This document shows positions 31,301 to 40,185 of a DNA stretch of 64,000 nucleotides, piece by piece (positions within the stretch are counted from its first letter, which is position 1; every line of letters begins with the position of its first letter). Source of the DNA: Nitrospinaceae bacterium (lineage in GTDB: Bacteria > Nitrospinota > Nitrospinia > Nitrospinales > Nitrospinaceae); contig OZ250172.1 in NCBI GenBank assembly GCA_965237905.1, positions 2,976,001 through 3,040,000 of the forward strand, in the 5' to 3' direction. The translations under genes and the position numbers were made by a program. The notes beneath the pieces are model-generated. The model was not told the DNA's origin and ran no database searches. It saw only the letters and a list, made by a program, of their open reading frames with translations.

Positions 31301-33285
31301 ACGATCATGCATTCGGCGCGACCACCTGGCCGCACGGCGGTATCGGTTCGACTATCGTTGAGCCCTGGGGATCGACTTATCATGATCCCAAAACCGGCAA
31401 GTTGATTCGCAGTGGCCCGGTAGCGGATATTCATGGCACCGAGCCGGTCGCTTATGCGCGCAACGGCAGTTTCCGCGAACTCGTGGTGCAACTGCACGAT
31501 ACGGTACCACATAACGCCCAGCTGGTGACAGCGGGGAATCCTCCCGGTCTGTCGCGTGAGAACGCGATTGCCGCGGGTCAGTCGATTTCCTTTCAGATGC
31601 CGACAACCCTGCAGGATGTTGCTTTCCCGCATTTGAATGGCGGCACGCACACCACCGGCGGCGGTTTTAACTTCCGTTCCGCTTCCCTGGCGGCCCGGTT
31701 GGCGGCTAATCCGGATGCTTCGATGCTGTTCAGCAGTAAGGCGCATCGCGATCCTGATACCCCCATGTTAAGGGCTTATCTGGGGGATAACGTCGTGTTC
31801 CGTCTCCTGCACGGGATGCAGAACGAAACTCATACCTTCGTCGTTTCCGGTCACGGTTATCGGCCGGAACGGTATGACAGGGATTCCCGCGTGACCAACA
31901 CGATTCACATAGGAATCGCGGAACGATACGACTTGGCCACCACGGCAGGGGGTTATCAGCAGAGAGCGGGTGATTACCTGATCTATAACGGCCGTACGTC
32001 GCATTTTTCGGAAGGCAGTTGGACTATTTTCCGTGTGTACGACAAGCCGAACAAGAATCTGAGGCCTCTGGAAGGTACCCGCGGCATTCTACCCAACAAG
32101 CCGGTTTGTTCTGCTGGCGCGCCGGTGAAAAACTTCAGCGTGGTAGCGATTGACAAAGCGCTGAAGTTCAATCCGAACACTGAAGATTTCATCGAGGTGG
32201 ATTTTGAGCGCAAGCTCATGCTCCACAATCCGAATGGCAAGGTGTTCGTACTGGAAAACGAGGTCAGTAAAGTAGCGGATGATAAGGTTATGCCGCATCC
32301 GTTGACCTTGCATGTGAACATCGGCGACTGTGTCAAAGTAAAATTGACCAACCGTCTGAAGAAAGGCAAAACGTCCCTGCATGTGAACAACATGGCGTTT
32401 GATCCCAGGGATTCCCAGGGGATCAATGTTGGGTACAACAAGGGCGATCAGACGGTTAAACCAGGTGCGTCGAAAACCTATACGTTCTTCGCGCATCCGG
32501 GATTCAAGATCAACGGTGGTTTGATCTGGGATTTCGGTGATCTGGTGACCAACGTCCGCGATGGATTGTACGGCGGTATCATCATCGGTCCACGTGGTTC
32601 GGTGTATCGCGATCCGGAGACCGGGAAAGACGTCTCCCTGGGCAACTCCTGGAAAGCGGATGTTATAGTTGACAAGTCTTATCCTGAAAATGCGAACCTC
32701 GAGAACTATCGTGACTTCGCATTGTACTTCCAGGATGAGGATAATATTCTGGGAACGTCGTTCATGCCTTACCTGCAGAATGTGGCAGGTCTGACGGGCG
32801 TGAACTATCGTCTGGAGCCGTGGACTTACCGCGAAGATGAGGGTTGTGAGCTGGGAAATATGTTCATGCCTTGTGTCGCGGCCGGATCGGACCCTGCAAC
32901 GCCGGTATTGAAGGCCCATGCCGGTGACAAGGTGATGATCAACGTGTTCGGGGCTCACAACGAGCAGAACCATATGTTCAACCTGGACGGCCACCAATGG
33001 CGGCGTCATATGGACCAGAATGGTTCCGATATGATCGACGTTCAGCAGTTTGGTGCGGGTGAATATCTCCAGGCGTTTCTCAGAAGCGGTGCGGGCGGGA
33101 CGTATCACAATCCCGGCACGTACCTGTGGCTGAACGCCCGGACGCCTTATCAGCAGGCTGGCCAGTGGGGTTATTTCAAGGTCCTGCCAGCGGGCGACCG
33201 GTCCATTCTACCCTTGGGCGGTGCGACTCCGGGCAACCTGAAGTCGGCCTCCAAGCCACAGGATGAACGGCTGTCGATGAAATAA
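28387..33285 (+). CDS. Large exported multicopper oxidase (MnxG-like, multi-cupredoxin domain)
   Basis: Signal peptide; HSHHPHG and FHCHVAHHYVAGM, followed by NIHPHF and FWHDH; repeated P.VIRAN/LRAYLGD/LKAHAGD domain starts; GGAGG RBS. Confidence 0.88.
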   Translation: MATSRNHILQVLILMALTVVLGLGTAFASSSHEGHHGSPVDRPVWLDKLENQIDYEEMMEGKQGDQERLNKTYRGLMDRLKGKLMEHASPASTGGGFHNSWAAHQLQQGYLLGPTEVADQVFRGAHCPAGVPTKIYDISAINVEITLNQWGDYFPGYMYVLTKNIPKVRDEEKRNAKARADALDPGAVTNGLQGDAIQPFVIRANQGECVRIKFHNALEDEDAGFQINGSAMIISKTGAPNTAASKGSIVPSEESQEFEWYIPVDEQEGGHVIVSHAGRDPQALGLVGVFIVEPRGSKYLDPWTGQGLESGWMVMIANDDQKDFREFVIIYHEVGDESFRPLNRHGEMIPQRDPQTDAYRPSARAINFRSEPFGINNLAVQEKMYHFEDESLAYSSYTFGDAPTTIPRSYMGDPAKFRLIHGGGEVFHSHHPHGGTIRWTRSPKREPGIENLITAAYDGPVKYPVVRTTTDRVDVQVIGPAEAIDLETECGSGLCQKLAGDFLFHCHVAHHYVAGMWGYWRVYNTIQNGNYPHGSTDIMRPLKELPDRKGYIPKGVSSDKLVGKTMNWYGKKFKIVDKGNSKWNRDNPIVHIKSWVKYMLPPKGQPGHTSDEKKQILSYDGTVWDYAWKGNRAMSEREISFPMAKFKAPHPGKRHPLQFHPTNGKLAWPHMTPHFGKRVPFARHHGGAPWLEPFHLLPDPGIITKTESGSGRSNARMENSSPAKPGAHGRWSLCPAGAGRKQYNLHFINTPIQLSGAYGKTKPVIDKYGLIYVIDEDMKAVKKDPKKALPLVIRANVYDCVDVLLTSEWNDDDFTNFQMSKINIHPHFFQFDNQSSDGVITGFSYDQSMRSYRQFDKKMKKGHHVGMPVPMNAKVLSNTKRGSKTVKLKMAHHATPFHVGADIIVGIERPNGKDARWVKSMKPAPGKAKDGVYTITFTEGMTHAHKKGEIVSAEFVRYRWWVDADVGLVFWHDHAFGATTWPHGGIGSTIVEPWGSTYHDPKTGKLIRSGPVADIHGTEPVAYARNGSFRELVVQLHDTVPHNAQLVTAGNPPGLSRENAIAAGQSISFQMPTTLQDVAFPHLNGGTHTTGGGFNFRSASLAARLAANPDASMLFSSKAHRDPDTPMLRAYLGDNVVFRLLHGMQNETHTFVVSGHGYRPERYDRDSRVTNTIHIGIAERYDLATTAGGYQQRAGDYLIYNGRTSHFSEGSWTIFRVYDKPNKNLRPLEGTRGILPNKPVCSAGAPVKNFSVVAIDKALKFNPNTEDFIEVDFERKLMLHNPNGKVFVLENEVSKVADDKVMPHPLTLHVNIGDCVKVKLTNRLKKGKTSLHVNNMAFDPRDSQGINVGYNKGDQTVKPGASKTYTFFAHPGFKINGGLIWDFGDLVTNVRDGLYGGIIIGPRGSVYRDPETGKDVSLGNSWKADVIVDKSYPENANLENYRDFALYFQDEDNILGTSFMPYLQNVAGLTGVNYRLEPWTYREDEGCELGNMFMPCVAAGSDPATPVLKAHAGDKVMINVFGAHNEQNHMFNLDGHQWRRHMDQNGSDMIDVQQFGAGEYLQAFLRSGAGGTYHNPGTYLWLNARTPYQQAGQWGYFKVLPAGDRSILPLGGATPGNLKSASKPQDERLSMK

Positions 33286-33325
33286 TTGAAAATAATTGTT
33301 GATCGGCAGGACTAAAATGTTTTAT

Positions 33326-33358
33326 AAGGGGCCTCTATTATAGGGGCCCCTTTGTTTT
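33326..33358 (+). terminator. Intrinsic terminator after the multicopper oxidase
   Basis: aaggggcctc...ggggcccctt stem plus T-rich tail. Confidence 0.65.
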
Positions 33359-33458
33359 CATTTTGGACCTTTTTGTGCTAAACTCCGGGGCTTCAAATTC
33401 AAAAAAGCGCTTGCTCTCAATCAGTTGAGTTGATTTATTTAATTTTTGTTATAAGGAG

Positions 33459-34283
33459 ATGACAGGAATGATTAGAAAAACCTTAATTGGATTATTGGTA
33501 ATCAGTGTGGCCTTGGCTTTTGGCACGGCGGCTTTCGCCAAAAAGTACAAGTATGAAGAAGGCGCCGTCAACGGTGGCGGTTCTATCAGCGGTTCGGTTT
33601 CCCTGAAGGGGAATCCTCCCCCTCCCATCATGGAAGACCTCAACAAAGGTAAAAACGTTGAGTTTTGTGTGACCCATCCGGATACCCAGAAGGGCGGAAT
33701 GCGTCCCCGTACCAAGGTTGTTGCCAAAGGCGGCAAGCTGAGCGGCGCGGTGGTATTCATCGAGAATCTCACCAAGGGCAAAGCCTGGAATTGGAAAAAC
33801 ACGAACTTCGATTTCAAAACCTGCGACATTTTCCCGAAAGTGGCTGTGGTTAAAAAGGCTTCCAAAGCGGAGAAAAAAGCCGGTGGCGTTGCGACTATCA
33901 CCAACAACGACCCGGATATTCTGCATAACCCGCATGGCTATTCCGTGGTGGGCGCCAGCCGCAAAACCCTGTTCAACAAGCCTCTGCCCAGCAAAGGCGA
34001 TGTTGCGGAAGTGAGCAAAAACCTGGCGCGGTTCAAAAAGAAGAAAGACAAACATTTCTTCCTGCAGTGCGACCAGCATAACTTCATGGAAGCCGATGCC
34101 CGCATCGTATGGAATCCTTACTTTGCCGTAACCGGCGCAGACGGATCCTTCAAAATTGCAGATATTCCTGCCGGTAAATACAAAGTCACCGCGTGGCATC
34201 CCTATGTCGGTGAAGTGACTTCGGAAGTGACTGTAGGTGGCGGCGCAGATGCGAAACAGAATTTCACGCTGACCGCCAAGTAG
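33459..34283 (+). CDS. Exported cupredoxin-like / carboxypeptidase-regulatory-like domain protein
   Basis: Signal peptide; NNDPDILHNPH...CDQHNFMEA; NPYFAVT..DGSF.I..IP.GKY.V.AWHP. Confidence 0.8.
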   Translation: MTGMIRKTLIGLLVISVALAFGTAAFAKKYKYEEGAVNGGGSISGSVSLKGNPPPPIMEDLNKGKNVEFCVTHPDTQKGGMRPRTKVVAKGGKLSGAVVFIENLTKGKAWNWKNTNFDFKTCDIFPKVAVVKKASKAEKKAGGVATITNNDPDILHNPHGYSVVGASRKTLFNKPLPSKGDVAEVSKNLARFKKKKDKHFFLQCDQHNFMEADARIVWNPYFAVTGADGSFKIADIPAGKYKVTAWHPYVGEVTSEVTVGGGADAKQNFTLTAK

Positions 34284-34314
34284 TTTTTTAAAGTAAATTA
34301 AGAAGGAAGTTATT

Positions 34315-34346
34315 AAAACGCCGGGACTTTGGTTCCGGCGTTTTTT
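34315..34346 (+). terminator. Intrinsic (likely bidirectional) terminator
   Basis: aaaacgccggga-ctttggt-tccggcgtttttt. Confidence 0.75.
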
Positions 34347-34358
34347 ATTGTCCGGAGG

Positions 34359-34507
34359 TTACTTTTGGAGTTTGTTTTTGATCGCGATGACTTCTTTGAT
34401 GTGATCTCTTTCCGCCTTTTCTAATAGGAGGAGAGCGGTTTTGGCTTCGAGGTTGTCGCAGAAATCACCCAGCAGGGAATAAAACTCCGCCGAGACCATT
34501 TCCGCTT
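34359..34507 (-). pseudogene. Truncated 3' fragment of a ferritin/rubrerythrin-like gene
   Basis: EAEMVSAEFYSLL...LEKAERDH..KNKLQK* has the E..A.FY and ExxH pattern; 5' part absent and abuts the oxidase remnant. Confidence 0.5.
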
Positions 34508-34865
34508 CAAGGTGATGATCAACGTGTTCGGGGCTCACAACGAGCAGAACCAGATGTTCAACCTGGACGGCCACCAATGGCGGCGGCATCTGAACCAGGA
34601 AGGTTCGGATATGATTGACGTCGAGGAATTTGGTAGTGGTGAATGAATCCAGGCGTTTCTCAGAAGCGGTGCGGGCGGGACGTATCACAATCCCGGCACG
34701 TACCTGTGGCTGAACGCCCGGACGCCTTATCAGCAGGCAGGCCAGTGGGGTTATTTCAAGGTCATGCCGCAAGGCGACCGGTCCATTCTACCCTTGGGCG
34801 GTGCGACTCCGGGCAATTTGAAGTCCGCTTCCAAGCCGCAGGATGAACGGCTGTCGATGAAATAA
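34508..34865 (+). pseudogene. Diverged duplicate of the last 358 bp of the multicopper oxidase gene
   Basis: Aligns gap-free to 32928-33285 with about 29 mismatches (manual count); in-frame TGA at 34644 replaces TAT; no start. Confidence 0.92.
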
Positions 34866-34897
34866 AAACTATTTCATCACTTCATCTTGAATTAAGG

Positions 34898-34931
34898 GCA
34901 AGGGAACCTTCGGGTTCCCTTGCTTTTTTTT
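34898..34931 (+). terminator. Strong intrinsic terminator behind the oxidase remnant
   Basis: gcaagggaacc-ttcg-ggttcccttgc plus T8. Confidence 0.85.
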
Positions 34932-35073
34932 GAATGACCGTTTTATCCTTGGAAGGAATTGGGGATTTCTCCAGGTATTCTGTTGATGCAACTTCAACCA
35001 TTTTAAGTTATTCTTTTCCTATAAAGTCGAGCTGTTTTCCCTCCTGTAGATCATCTTGGAAATTTCAAAAGCC

Positions 35074-36303
35074 ATGCGGAGAGCATTAGTAAATTTATTA
35101 ATTTTCTTAGTATTGTCCTGGTTCTGGGTAGTCGCTGGGGTTGACGCTTCCTCGCAGAATGAGAATATAAGCCCCCTGGCCAGTCAGGGGCGGCCCTTGT
35201 TCCTGCATTACTGTGCCGCCTGCCATGGGGTATCCGGGGATGGAGATGGATACAATGCGGAGCAGTTGGAGAAGGAACCGGCGGAGCTCTCCAATAAAAA
35301 ATTCATTGCCAAGAAGAAGGACAGCCAAATTTACCGGGTGATTAAATTCGGAGGCGAGGGGGTTAAGAAGTCACATTTAATGCCTGTATTCGGCCACACA
35401 TTGTCTGAGGAGGAGATATGGTCCTTGGTTGCGTATGTCCGGCATCTGGCCGGGGATGAGGATCACCCGGTTACCCTTCCCGATAATACTTCCAAAACCC
35501 GACCCGCAAACACACCTATATCACATGCTTCTTTGCAGGTTTTCAGGAACTGGTTTTCAAAGAAGGGCAAGGATCCATCCCTGATTGATCAGGGAGAAAA
35601 GCTATTCCGAAAAAAGAAGAGCTGTTTTGCCTGCCATCAACTGGAGGACGAAGGCGGGCTTGTGGGGCCGGATCTTTCCCGCGCGGGTTTTTCATATACC
35701 CCTGAATGGATTTTTACCTGGATCGGCAATCCACAGAGCGTCAAACCGGAATCCAAAATGCCCAACCTCGGATTGGATGATGAAGAGTGTCGGGCGATCA
35801 CGGCTTTTCTGGCCAGTCTCAAAGGCGCGGGAATCAAGAAAAAATGGGATGCTTATCTGACCCCTTCCGGTGATCCCGCCAAGGGGAAAAAACTGTTTTT
35901 CGATTCAGAAGGAAAGGCCAACTGTGGGAAATGCCATACGGTGAGTGGTCAGGGAGGCAAGGTCGGCCCTCACTTAAGCTTTGTAGGGACCAGCCGGATG
36001 AAGGCCTTTTTGTTGGAATCCATTTTGAATCCCAAGGCGGTGATCACCTCGGGATATTCTTCCATATTGATCCTGACCAAAAAGGGGAAGTTTGTTACGG
36101 GCGTGAAGATGAATGAAGATGATTCCTCGATTGACCTGATGGATAAGGAAGGAAACGCACTGCATATTTCCAAGGATGAGATTAAGAAATATAAAACTCA
36201 AAAAATTTCAATCATGCCTGGGAATTTCAAAGATATCCTCACCCAAGATGAAGTCCGCCACCTGCTGGCTTACCTGGGCACCCTCAAAATCTCCAACGAC
36301 TGA
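35074..36303 (+). CDS. Triheme cytochrome c
   Basis: Signal peptide; CAACH, CFACH and CGKCH, each with a distal MP motif (LMPVF, KMPNL, IMPGN). Confidence 0.9.
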   Translation: MRRALVNLLIFLVLSWFWVVAGVDASSQNENISPLASQGRPLFLHYCAACHGVSGDGDGYNAEQLEKEPAELSNKKFIAKKKDSQIYRVIKFGGEGVKKSHLMPVFGHTLSEEEIWSLVAYVRHLAGDEDHPVTLPDNTSKTRPANTPISHASLQVFRNWFSKKGKDPSLIDQGEKLFRKKKSCFACHQLEDEGGLVGPDLSRAGFSYTPEWIFTWIGNPQSVKPESKMPNLGLDDEECRAITAFLASLKGAGIKKKWDAYLTPSGDPAKGKKLFFDSEGKANCGKCHTVSGQGGKVGPHLSFVGTSRMKAFLLESILNPKAVITSGYSSILILTKKGKFVTGVKMNEDDSSIDLMDKEGNALHISKDEIKKYKTQKISIMPGNFKDILTQDEVRHLLAYLGTLKISND

Positions 36304-36324
36304 ACCCAGCCTCAAACAGTTATC

Positions 36325-38277
36325 TTATTCCAGTGTCATTTGGACCCAGGTTGAAATGGATTTTTGGGTTCCGGTCTCTTTTACATTTCCGTCCCAGGCA
36401 TTGATCGCGATGGGGATCGTTGCGCCAGCCTCAAACTGAACATCATTACTTTTATCAGAGGTGGTCAATTTCCGCTTCATGACCAACTGGTATTGTCCAT
36501 ACCTGAAAATAACTTTGGATTGTACAAGTTGGCTGGCAGGCCGATGTTCACCCTGATGCTGGAGACCTTGAGCATACATTTCGGTGGTTTTGTTGGGACC
36601 GCTGAGCCATTGCCATAAATTGACCGGGTGGTCTTTATCTCCATTCAGGAAGTAGGGCAATGAACCATCGTCCGATTTGCCAGCTGGAAATTGAATGGCG
36701 ATGGAGTCGGGATACTTCTGCGGCTTTGGAGCCTCAACGGGATATTTGGCTTCCTCGTCACCCAGCTCCGACTGGAATTCGGGGGGCAACGGCGGCGGCG
36801 GTGATTCCTGGACTTCTGCGATCGTTTTTAAAATGGGGTCGAAGGTGGGATCATCCCACCGCAGTTTGAACGCAATTTTATCTCCGTTGTAAATCGCTTG
36901 TACCCAGACGCTGTCTACGGTTGGGTAAAAATTTTTTTCCGCCGATAAAATTTGACCTCCCAGGGGAATATAGAAAGAAGGGACACCTTTCCAGGCGACA
37001 TCCTCCGGATTCAGAGGCAATGGGGTCTCTATCCTGGTGGCTTTTATTTCTCTGGCCATCCTGGGTTTTTTTGAATTGGACAAAGTGGTGACGTAGTAGG
37101 CTATATCCCAAATGTCCCTGTCTTTATAAATGCGTTTGGAATGTTGCGGCATCGCCGTCGTAGACAGCCCCGTCCGGATGGTGAGAAAGAGATCTTTGAG
37201 CGTACTGCCTCTCCGGAACGCCCAGAATTTGGTCAGGTTTCTAGGACGAATCGCGTCCGATTCAATATCAACATTCCGGTTAGTCGATTCTCCATCGCTT
37301 CGACCCTTTAGGCCATGACAGCCTGAGCAGGTTGCGTCAAAAAACGTTTTTCCACGGTCGAGACTTTGTTGATTAAATGACGGGGGAGGTTCGACCCTTG
37401 TCAGCTTATGAGTCTTCCCCTTTTTTTTAAATTTGGCAAACTTTTTGGAAAGCGTTTTCAAATATAACACGAGGCTTTTTAAGTCGACCTCAGGGAAATG
37501 TTTCCAGGAAGGCATGGTGGTACCGGGCATGCCTCGAACCAGCATTTGATACAAATCGTCATCGGTCGGAATTTTCCCAAAGGGAGTGGTTCGGAATTTA
37601 TACTGGCCCTTGATAAAATTTCGCGGGCGCGGGCTGGAGTAAAACGCTGAAACGCCTTTGCCGCTCCCATCCTCCGCATGGCAGAAGACGCATTTTTCCA
37701 TATAAACGAGTTTGCCCCGTTCTACCGAGGCCTCGGCAGGAGGGTTGGGAACCGTGGAGTGCTTCATGTTTTCGAAGATAAATAAGATGACTTGCCACGC
37801 CTCGTCAGCAGAAAGGGTTTTCTCCCACGCAGGCATGGCGGATTCCCAGGGATGGAACTGCTTGGGCAAACCTCTGCCCCCCTTCATGATTCTCCAGAAA
37901 AAATAGTTCTCTGATTTTCCCTGAGCAATGGCTTTATGAAAATCGGCGGGCGGCGGAGCAAAACGATCTCCAAATAAGCCTTGACCATTCATCAAATCTC
38001 CATGACATAAAAAGCAGTGTTTAAAGTAAGTTTCACCACCACTCTTAATGTGTTTCTTTATGTTTTTTGAATCCTGACGGAGGGGATTGATGAGATTTTT
38101 AAGCGGGACTTCCTGGCTTTTAATGTTGATGGCATCCGGCAGGTCGGAAGCCTTGGGTGGATTAAATGCAAGAGGGGAGGATAGAGGCAACGCACCCCAA
38201 ACCAAGCCCGCGATGAGGCCGGTCTGAATCGTTTTTCGGATGAGTTTCCCTGTGATGAATTTTTCTATGATCCGCAC
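36325..38277 (-). CDS. Triheme cytochrome c fused to an ethylbenzene-dehydrogenase-gamma-like (DOMON-type) domain
   Basis: CFLCH, CVFCH, CSGCH; C-terminal LRWDD, D.IAIQFP, VNLWQW, KRKL, AINAWDG, KSIS.W. Confidence 0.85.
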   Translation of the reverse strand: MRIIEKFITGKLIRKTIQTGLIAGLVWGALPLSSPLAFNPPKASDLPDAINIKSQEVPLKNLINPLRQDSKNIKKHIKSGGETYFKHCFLCHGDLMNGQGLFGDRFAPPPADFHKAIAQGKSENYFFWRIMKGGRGLPKQFHPWESAMPAWEKTLSADEAWQVILFIFENMKHSTVPNPPAEASVERGKLVYMEKCVFCHAEDGSGKGVSAFYSSPRPRNFIKGQYKFRTTPFGKIPTDDDLYQMLVRGMPGTTMPSWKHFPEVDLKSLVLYLKTLSKKFAKFKKKGKTHKLTRVEPPPSFNQQSLDRGKTFFDATCSGCHGLKGRSDGESTNRNVDIESDAIRPRNLTKFWAFRRGSTLKDLFLTIRTGLSTTAMPQHSKRIYKDRDIWDIAYYVTTLSNSKKPRMAREIKATRIETPLPLNPEDVAWKGVPSFYIPLGGQILSAEKNFYPTVDSVWVQAIYNGDKIAFKLRWDDPTFDPILKTIAEVQESPPPPLPPEFQSELGDEEAKYPVEAPKPQKYPDSIAIQFPAGKSDDGSLPYFLNGDKDHPVNLWQWLSGPNKTTEMYAQGLQHQGEHRPASQLVQSKVIFRYGQYQLVMKRKLTTSDKSNDVQFEAGATIPIAINAWDGNVKETGTQKSISTWVQMTLE

Positions 38278-38292
38278 GAGGACAAATTATGA

Positions 38293-39132
38293 TTAATGGA
38301 TACTTCCCGGAACCCGGGCATCCTTTTTGATCCGTCCGGATTTGATAGTTTCATAAAAGGGGCGGATGACTTTATCTCCATCGAACTCAAAGTCCAGATT
38401 AATCGTTTCGCCTTCGGAAACTTTGATTTTTTTGGATTGCTTTTTCATCAGATAATGCCAGGCGTTGACTTTGTATTCTCCGGGAGGGATATTGTCGATT
38501 TTATAATTGCCGTCGACCTGGGTTTGATAGTAATAAGGATTTTGGACCCGGTAGCCCCAGGTTTGCATAAACTCGTGCATTCCGCAGATCATCTGAAAAA
38601 CTTTATAGTGTTTTTGGAACTTTACTTTGCCATCGGATATCTCTTCGGCGGGGATGGGGATGTTCAGGATGATTTTGCCCCGCTCACTTTGGTAAACCTG
38701 GCTGTTGTGCATGACCGCATCCTGGTTGTCTACAAAGAACGTTCCTCCCTGCGGGATGACGTTGACTTCCGGCAGGAATTTGCAATTTTCGGAGAGAATA
38801 TTGATCGGCTTATTAGGGAAGGACTTACCGGCATCCACGTGTTGCAGGGTAATCACGACGTCTTTCATGCCTCGTTGCTCATCCGTGATGAAATCAAAGA
38901 GGAGACGGTTCATTTCGTCGTCCGTATCCACTTCGGCGCACATGTCGAGGTTGGGGTACAAAACGAGATGAAACACCCGAGGCGGTGGAGTTTTCCCCTT
39001 CATAGTAGCTTTTCCCTGCAGGGTTCCCCCATTTTTAACTTCAATCTCCTGATAGGCCCAAACCTGTGTGCTTAGGATGCACGCGGATAAGAAAGTCAGG
39101 GCTAATTGGATAAACAGTTTGGGCTTTTTCAT
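38293..39132 (-). CDS. Exported cupredoxin-like / carboxypeptidase-regulatory-like domain protein
   Basis: Signal peptide; NQDAVMHNSQ...CGMHEFMQ; NPYY..T..DGNY.IDNIPPGEY.V.AWH. Confidence 0.8.
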   Translation of the reverse strand: MKKPKLFIQLALTFLSACILSTQVWAYQEIEVKNGGTLQGKATMKGKTPPPRVFHLVLYPNLDMCAEVDTDDEMNRLLFDFITDEQRGMKDVVITLQHVDAGKSFPNKPINILSENCKFLPEVNVIPQGGTFFVDNQDAVMHNSQVYQSERGKIILNIPIPAEEISDGKVKFQKHYKVFQMICGMHEFMQTWGYRVQNPYYYQTQVDGNYKIDNIPPGEYKVNAWHYLMKKQSKKIKVSEGETINLDFEFDGDKVIRPFYETIKSGRIKKDARVPGSIH

Positions 39133-39187
39133 GTTATTTGCTCCCTAATCTATAAAACTCTGTCACCTTTAAGAGTGGTACGTCTAT

Positions 39188-39919
39188 CTATTTTTGAGAT
39201 ACCTGAGTCGCCAGTTCTGTGAAATTGAAATTTACCTGCGTCACGTTTTTCCCGATCTCTATTTTCCGCGATTCCTCACCCAGCGACTCGTGCCATACTT
39301 TTAGTATGTATTTCCCCGGTGGCACGTCTTTGATCTCGAAGGCGCCGTCGCTTTGGGTCATTGCGAAATAGGAATGGGGCGTAACCACAATGTAGGCCTC
39401 CATCCAGCCATGAAGATCGCAGGAAACTTTGACGACCTCGGGCTCCTCCATCTCCTGAGTATAATCCTGATTCGGTAAAAACATGATATTAATTGGATCG
39501 TTGTCAAAGGAGTAGGTGTGAATATTGTGGTTGATCGGATCACTGGTCAAAATTTTCAGTTCAGAGCCCTGGGGCATGGCCAGAATATGAGGAGAATAAG
39601 CACATTTCTTCTGGTCGATCGTATAGCTTCCCGGCTTACTTTTTAATTTTTTAGCTTGTTTTCCTTCCAGCCAAACCACCACATTCTTAACTTTTTGATT
39701 TTCAAGGATTAACGACTCTGCCAGAATTTCAGGCCCACACACCTTTTGATATTTTCCCGTTTTGTGTGTGACTGGGGCCGGAACTTTTCCCGAGTATTGG
39801 ATCTCCCCCTTGATGGTCCCCGCATGGATCGGAGAGGCCACAAGCAGAAGCGAAAATGTAGCAAAAATTAGTTTAAACATCTTAAGAATTGAAAGGTTTA
39901 GAGATTTCAGCGGAATCAT
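39188..39919 (-). CDS. Exported cupredoxin-like / carboxypeptidase-regulatory-like domain protein
   Basis: DQKKCAYSPH, SDPINHNIH...CDLHGWMEA; DVPPGKY.LKVWHE; start uncertain (39919 or 39880). Confidence 0.8.
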   Translation of the reverse strand: MIPLKSLNLSILKMFKLIFATFSLLLVASPIHAGTIKGEIQYSGKVPAPVTHKTGKYQKVCGPEILAESLILENQKVKNVVVWLEGKQAKKLKSKPGSYTIDQKKCAYSPHILAMPQGSELKILTSDPINHNIHTYSFDNDPINIMFLPNQDYTQEMEEPEVVKVSCDLHGWMEAYIVVTPHSYFAMTQSDGAFEIKDVPPGKYILKVWHESLGEESRKIEIGKNVTQVNFNFTELATQVSQK

Positions 39920-40185
39920 ATATCAAACCGGTTCCAAGTTCAAGTGAGACTTAAGCTGTTAAAATACCCTCTTCAACCTGTGATCTCTACCCTTATTAAA
40001 CAGGTTTAAATAACTTTATAGTAGCCCTCCCTGGTGAATTCCCGATTAACGGGACATGAAAAAAGGTTAATCAATCGATCGGCATATTTAGCTTTCCAAA
40101 CCTATCCGCCTATTTTAAAATAAGCGAGACTTACCATCTTGTAGACCTCAAAAATTGAGGTTTTATTCCCCAAAAGAGGCCCAGA

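Noticed and set aside
28426..33108. Long antisense ORFs (462, 225, 387, 339 aa) opposite the multicopper oxidase
   Set aside because: Shadow ORFs expected from strong codon bias on the sense strand; no motifs or RBS.
34644..34646. In-frame TGA as a possible selenocysteine codon
   Set aside because: It aligns with Tyr, not Cys, in a startless remnant; simple nonsense change.
34359..34772. 137-aa ORF as a real gene
   Set aside because: Chimera of the antisense of the oxidase remnant and a truncated ferritin-like 3' fragment.
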